A stretch of DNA of 64,000 nt from Burkholderiales bacterium (GTDB lineage: Bacteria > Pseudomonadota > Gammaproteobacteria > Burkholderiales > SG8-41), in contig DATBMB010000174.1 in NCBI GenBank assembly GCA_036555035.1, positions 7,045-71,044 on the forward strand, written 5' to 3'. Numbering within the stretch: position 1 is the first letter of the stretch; the number at the start of each line of letters is the position of its first letter. Positions 61,443 through 64,000 of the stretch are shown one piece after another. The position numbers were made by a program, and so were the translations under genes. The notes beneath the pieces are model-generated. The model did no database searches. It was not told where the DNA came from and saw only the letters and a program-made list of their open reading frames with translations.

Positions 61443-63359
61443 ATGACCGCCCCCGCCACCATCGGCAAGTACCAGATCCAGGACGTGCTCGGCCAGGGCG
61501 GCATGGGCGTCGTCTACCGCGCCTTCGACCCCGCGATCCAGCGCACGGTCGCGATCAAGACCATCACCAAGTCGGCGCTCGATCCCGCCGACCTGCAGTA
61601 CGTGCTGACGCGCTTCCGCCACGAGGCCCGGGCCGTGGGGCGCCTCACGCACCCGCGTATCGCCGCGATCTACGACTACGGCGAGGACGATGAGCTCGCC
61701 TGGATCGTCATGGAGCTGGTGAACGGGAAATCGCTGTTCAACCACCTGCAGGACGAGGTGCACTTCGGGCTGAAGGAGATCGGCGAACTCATCCGCCAGC
61801 TCCTCGACGGGCTCGGCTACGCGCACCAGCAGGGTGTCATCCACCGCGACATCAAGCCCTCCAACATCCTGATCAACGACGACGGGCGGCTGAAGCTGAC
61901 CGATTTCGGCATCGCGCGCATCGATTCCTCCACGCTGACCCAGGTGGGCGAGATCATGGGCTCACCGGGCTACATGTCTCCCGAGCAGTTCCTCGGCACC
62001 GACATCGACGCGCGCGGGGACGTCTACTCGGTGGGCGTCATCGCCTACGAGCTGCTCACCGCCCGCCGCCCGTTCATCGGCAACAATGCCGAGGTGATGC
62101 GCCAGGCGCTGAACGAGCGGCCCGCGAGCCCATCGGACTTCAACCCGAAGATCTCGGTCCAGCTCGACTGGGCGGTGCACAAGGCACTCGCCAAGAAGCG
62201 CGAGGATCGCTTCCAGACCGCGAAGGAATTTTCCGACGCCTTCGTGCAGGGCGTCGACGCGAGCCTGCGGCAGGCGCGGCGCGAGCCCGCCGCCCACGCC
62301 GCCACCGACGAGCCGACCCAGCGCATCGACCCCAAGCTGGTGCAGGCCGCGCGCATGCTGGCCGGCCTGCAGCCCACCCGGACCGACGCGCCGACCCAGC
62401 CCCCGCGCACGCCCGCTCCCGAGCCCCCGCCCGCGGCGGCGTCGGGAACCGTGGAGACCCTGGGGGGCAAGAAGGCGCGCATCCTGTTCGTGGACGACGA
62501 GGAGCGCATCGTGAACGCGCTGCGCTCGATCTTCCGGGCGAACTACCACGTCTTCACCGCGACCAATGGCTCGGAGGCCCTGGAGTTCGTGAGGAAGTTC
62601 CAGCCCCACGTGATCGTGAGCGACCAGCGCATGCCGCAGATGACCGGAGTGGAGCTGCTGCGCCGGGTGAAGGGCCTCGCGCCGAACACGGTGCGGATGC
62701 TGCTGACCGGCTACTCGGACCTCGCGGCGACCGTCGGCTCGATCAACGACGGGGAGGTGTTCCGCTTCATCTCCAAGCCGTGGGACAACCTGGAGATCCA
62801 GAACATCGTCGCCGACGCCGCCGCGATCGCGATCGATCTCGCAGCGACCCACGCTTCGCCCCCGATCCTGCCCGACCGCATGGAAGCGGGCGTCCTGGTG
62901 ATCGAGGCGGGCGACGAGACGCTGCGGACGGTGACGCGCCTGATCGGCGGCGCCTGCCCGGTCTACCACGCGCGGAGCCTCGAGGAGGGCCTCACCCAGC
63001 TCGAGGCGCACGAGACCGCGCTCATCGTCGCCGACATCGCGGGCCGGGGCGAGGACATCGTCGCCGCCTTCAAGGCGTTGAAGCAGGAGCGCCCCGAGAT
63101 CCTCGCCATCATGCTGACCGATGCCTCCGACTCCGAGCTGGTAATCGAGCTGATCAACCAGGCGCAGATCTTCCGCTTCGTCAACAAGCCGGTGAATCCC
63201 GACCTGCTGCGCCAGCACGCCCAGGCGGCGCTGATCCGCTACCAGTCGTTCAAGCAGAACCCGCAGCTCACGCGCCGGCACCAGGTCGCGCCCGCGGGCG
63301 CCGCCGGCGTGAGCCGGGCGATCCTCGCGCGGGTGAAGTCGCTGAAGAGCTGGTTCTAG
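61443..63359 (+). CDS. Hanks-type Ser/Thr protein kinase fused to two C-terminal receiver (REC) domains
   Basis: The ATG at 61443 gives 638 aa. Kinase motifs are GQGGMGVVY, VAIK, HRDIKPSNIL, DFGIA and GSPGYMSPEQ, followed by a Pro-rich linker. REC1 shows ILFVDDEE...VIVSDQRMP...LLTGY...ISKPW. REC2 shows VLVIEAGDE...LIVADIAG...MLTDA...VNKPV. Confidence 0.9.
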   Translation: MTAPATIGKYQIQDVLGQGGMGVVYRAFDPAIQRTVAIKTITKSALDPADLQYVLTRFRHEARAVGRLTHPRIAAIYDYGEDDELAWIVMELVNGKSLFNHLQDEVHFGLKEIGELIRQLLDGLGYAHQQGVIHRDIKPSNILINDDGRLKLTDFGIARIDSSTLTQVGEIMGSPGYMSPEQFLGTDIDARGDVYSVGVIAYELLTARRPFIGNNAEVMRQALNERPASPSDFNPKISVQLDWAVHKALAKKREDRFQTAKEFSDAFVQGVDASLRQARREPAAHAATDEPTQRIDPKLVQAARMLAGLQPTRTDAPTQPPRTPAPEPPPAAASGTVETLGGKKARILFVDDEERIVNALRSIFRANYHVFTATNGSEALEFVRKFQPHVIVSDQRMPQMTGVELLRRVKGLAPNTVRMLLTGYSDLAATVGSINDGEVFRFISKPWDNLEIQNIVADAAAIAIDLAATHASPPILPDRMEAGVLVIEAGDETLRTVTRLIGGACPVYHARSLEEGLTQLEAHETALIVADIAGRGEDIVAAFKALKQERPEILAIMLTDASDSELVIELINQAQIFRFVNKPVNPDLLRQHAQAALIRYQSFKQNPQLTRRHQVAPAGAAGVSRAILARVKSLKSWF

Positions 63360-63362
63360 GAA

Positions 63363-63798
63363 ACTAGAACCCATCTCAAAAATACCCCCGGAGCAGCACG
63401 AGCATGCATCCGAGGTCTACGGAACGGCGCGGGTCCTGTCAGAACGGTCGGGGCCCGCTCCGAGGCTTCCCGCGCATCCGGGCAATTGACTTGGCCAGCG
63501 CGTTCTCTGGAGTCAGTACCAGTACCGGAAGTCTCGGATCAAACCCCGACCCTTCTGCCACCCGCGCAACTCAGCACTCCCGCGGGCCGGGTGGCAGGGC
63601 GGTCGGGATCTGGTTCCGGATTTCCGGTACTGGTACTGGCTGTCCAGGGGAGTTGTCCTGATCAATTGACCAGGTGGGCGGGGAAATCCGGAGAAGATCA
63701 CGACCGCTCTGACAGGACCCGGCCCGCAGCATACGCGCTATGCACAGGATGAACAGTCGGATTCGAAGCGCGAACGACTGGGTTTTTTGAGATAGGTT

Positions 63799-63802
<4 letters not shown>
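63363..63802. repeat. ~440-bp imperfect palindrome (MITE-like element or very long hairpin) between convergent stop codons
   Basis: The arms pair as follows.
- 63363-63385 with 63780-63802: CTAGAACCCATCTCAAAAATACC against the reverse complement CTAAGAACCTATCTCAAAAAACC.
- 63430-63449 with 63700-63719: 19/20.
- 63482-63488 with 63661-63667.
- 63513-63529 with 63621-63637: CAGTACCAGTACCGGAA, 17/17.
- 63554-63562 with 63588-63596: CTGCCACCC/GGGTGGCAG.
The symmetry centre is ~63575. No credible ORF is present. Confidence 0.8.

Positions 63803-64000
<198 letters not shown>

Noticed and set aside
63404-63752. Small ORFs of 62-88 aa inside the palindromic element, considered as possible toxin/antitoxin or transposase remnants.
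   Set aside because: They have no SD sequences, no coding-like codon bias and no motif. The ORFs on the two arms are mirror artefacts of the inverted repeat.

Overview
This is a GC-rich proteobacterial chromosomal window. Third codon positions are almost all G/C, which produces many long antisense shadow ORFs in the six-frame track. I call 60 protein-coding genes (accC and hemF are cut by the window edges), 2 tRNAs (Phe-GAA, Ala-CGC), several hairpin terminators and regulatory sites, and three kinds of non-coding repeat structure.

The content is mostly core metabolism and housekeeping:
- accC-accB-aroQ and tlpA-like/dsbD/cutA.
- argH divergent from an algZ/algR-like two-component system followed by hemC-hemD-hemX-hemY (Pseudomonas-like synteny).
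- An Xsc-like TPP enzyme with a LacI regulator and a TauE exporter, then grxD.
- hemA-prfA-(EamA transporter)-prmC.
- prpB plus a 2-hydroxyacid dehydrogenase, divergent from an IclR-regulated cluster of CoA-transferase, CitE-type lyase, hydratase and a second CoA-transferase. By inference this is itaconate/mesaconate/citramalate-type catabolism.
- CIRCE-controlled groES-groEL, bioA, dacB, ubiD-ubiA, recG, ridA, two acyl-CoA dehydrogenases, lgt, ilvD, a YyaL/DUF255-type thioredoxin-domain protein and a cytochrome c.
- livKHMGF translationally linked to a sensor histidine kinase and a Hanks Ser/Thr kinase fused to two receiver domains.

I saw no rRNA, CRISPR, transposase, integrase, phage genes or recognisable defence-system genes, and I did not find a convincing new multi-gene system. 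The items most worth a second look are:
1. A ~440-bp imperfect palindrome (MITE-like) wedged between the stop codons of the kinase gene and hemF.
2. A 120-nt intergenic element present twice, with compensatory substitutions that preserve a hairpin.
3. The liv-histidine kinase-Ser/Thr kinase/REC/REC operon.
4. A lipoprotein-signal SAM methyltransferase and a few orphan hypothetical genes.

All homology statements rest on motif recognition by eye. No database search was possible.
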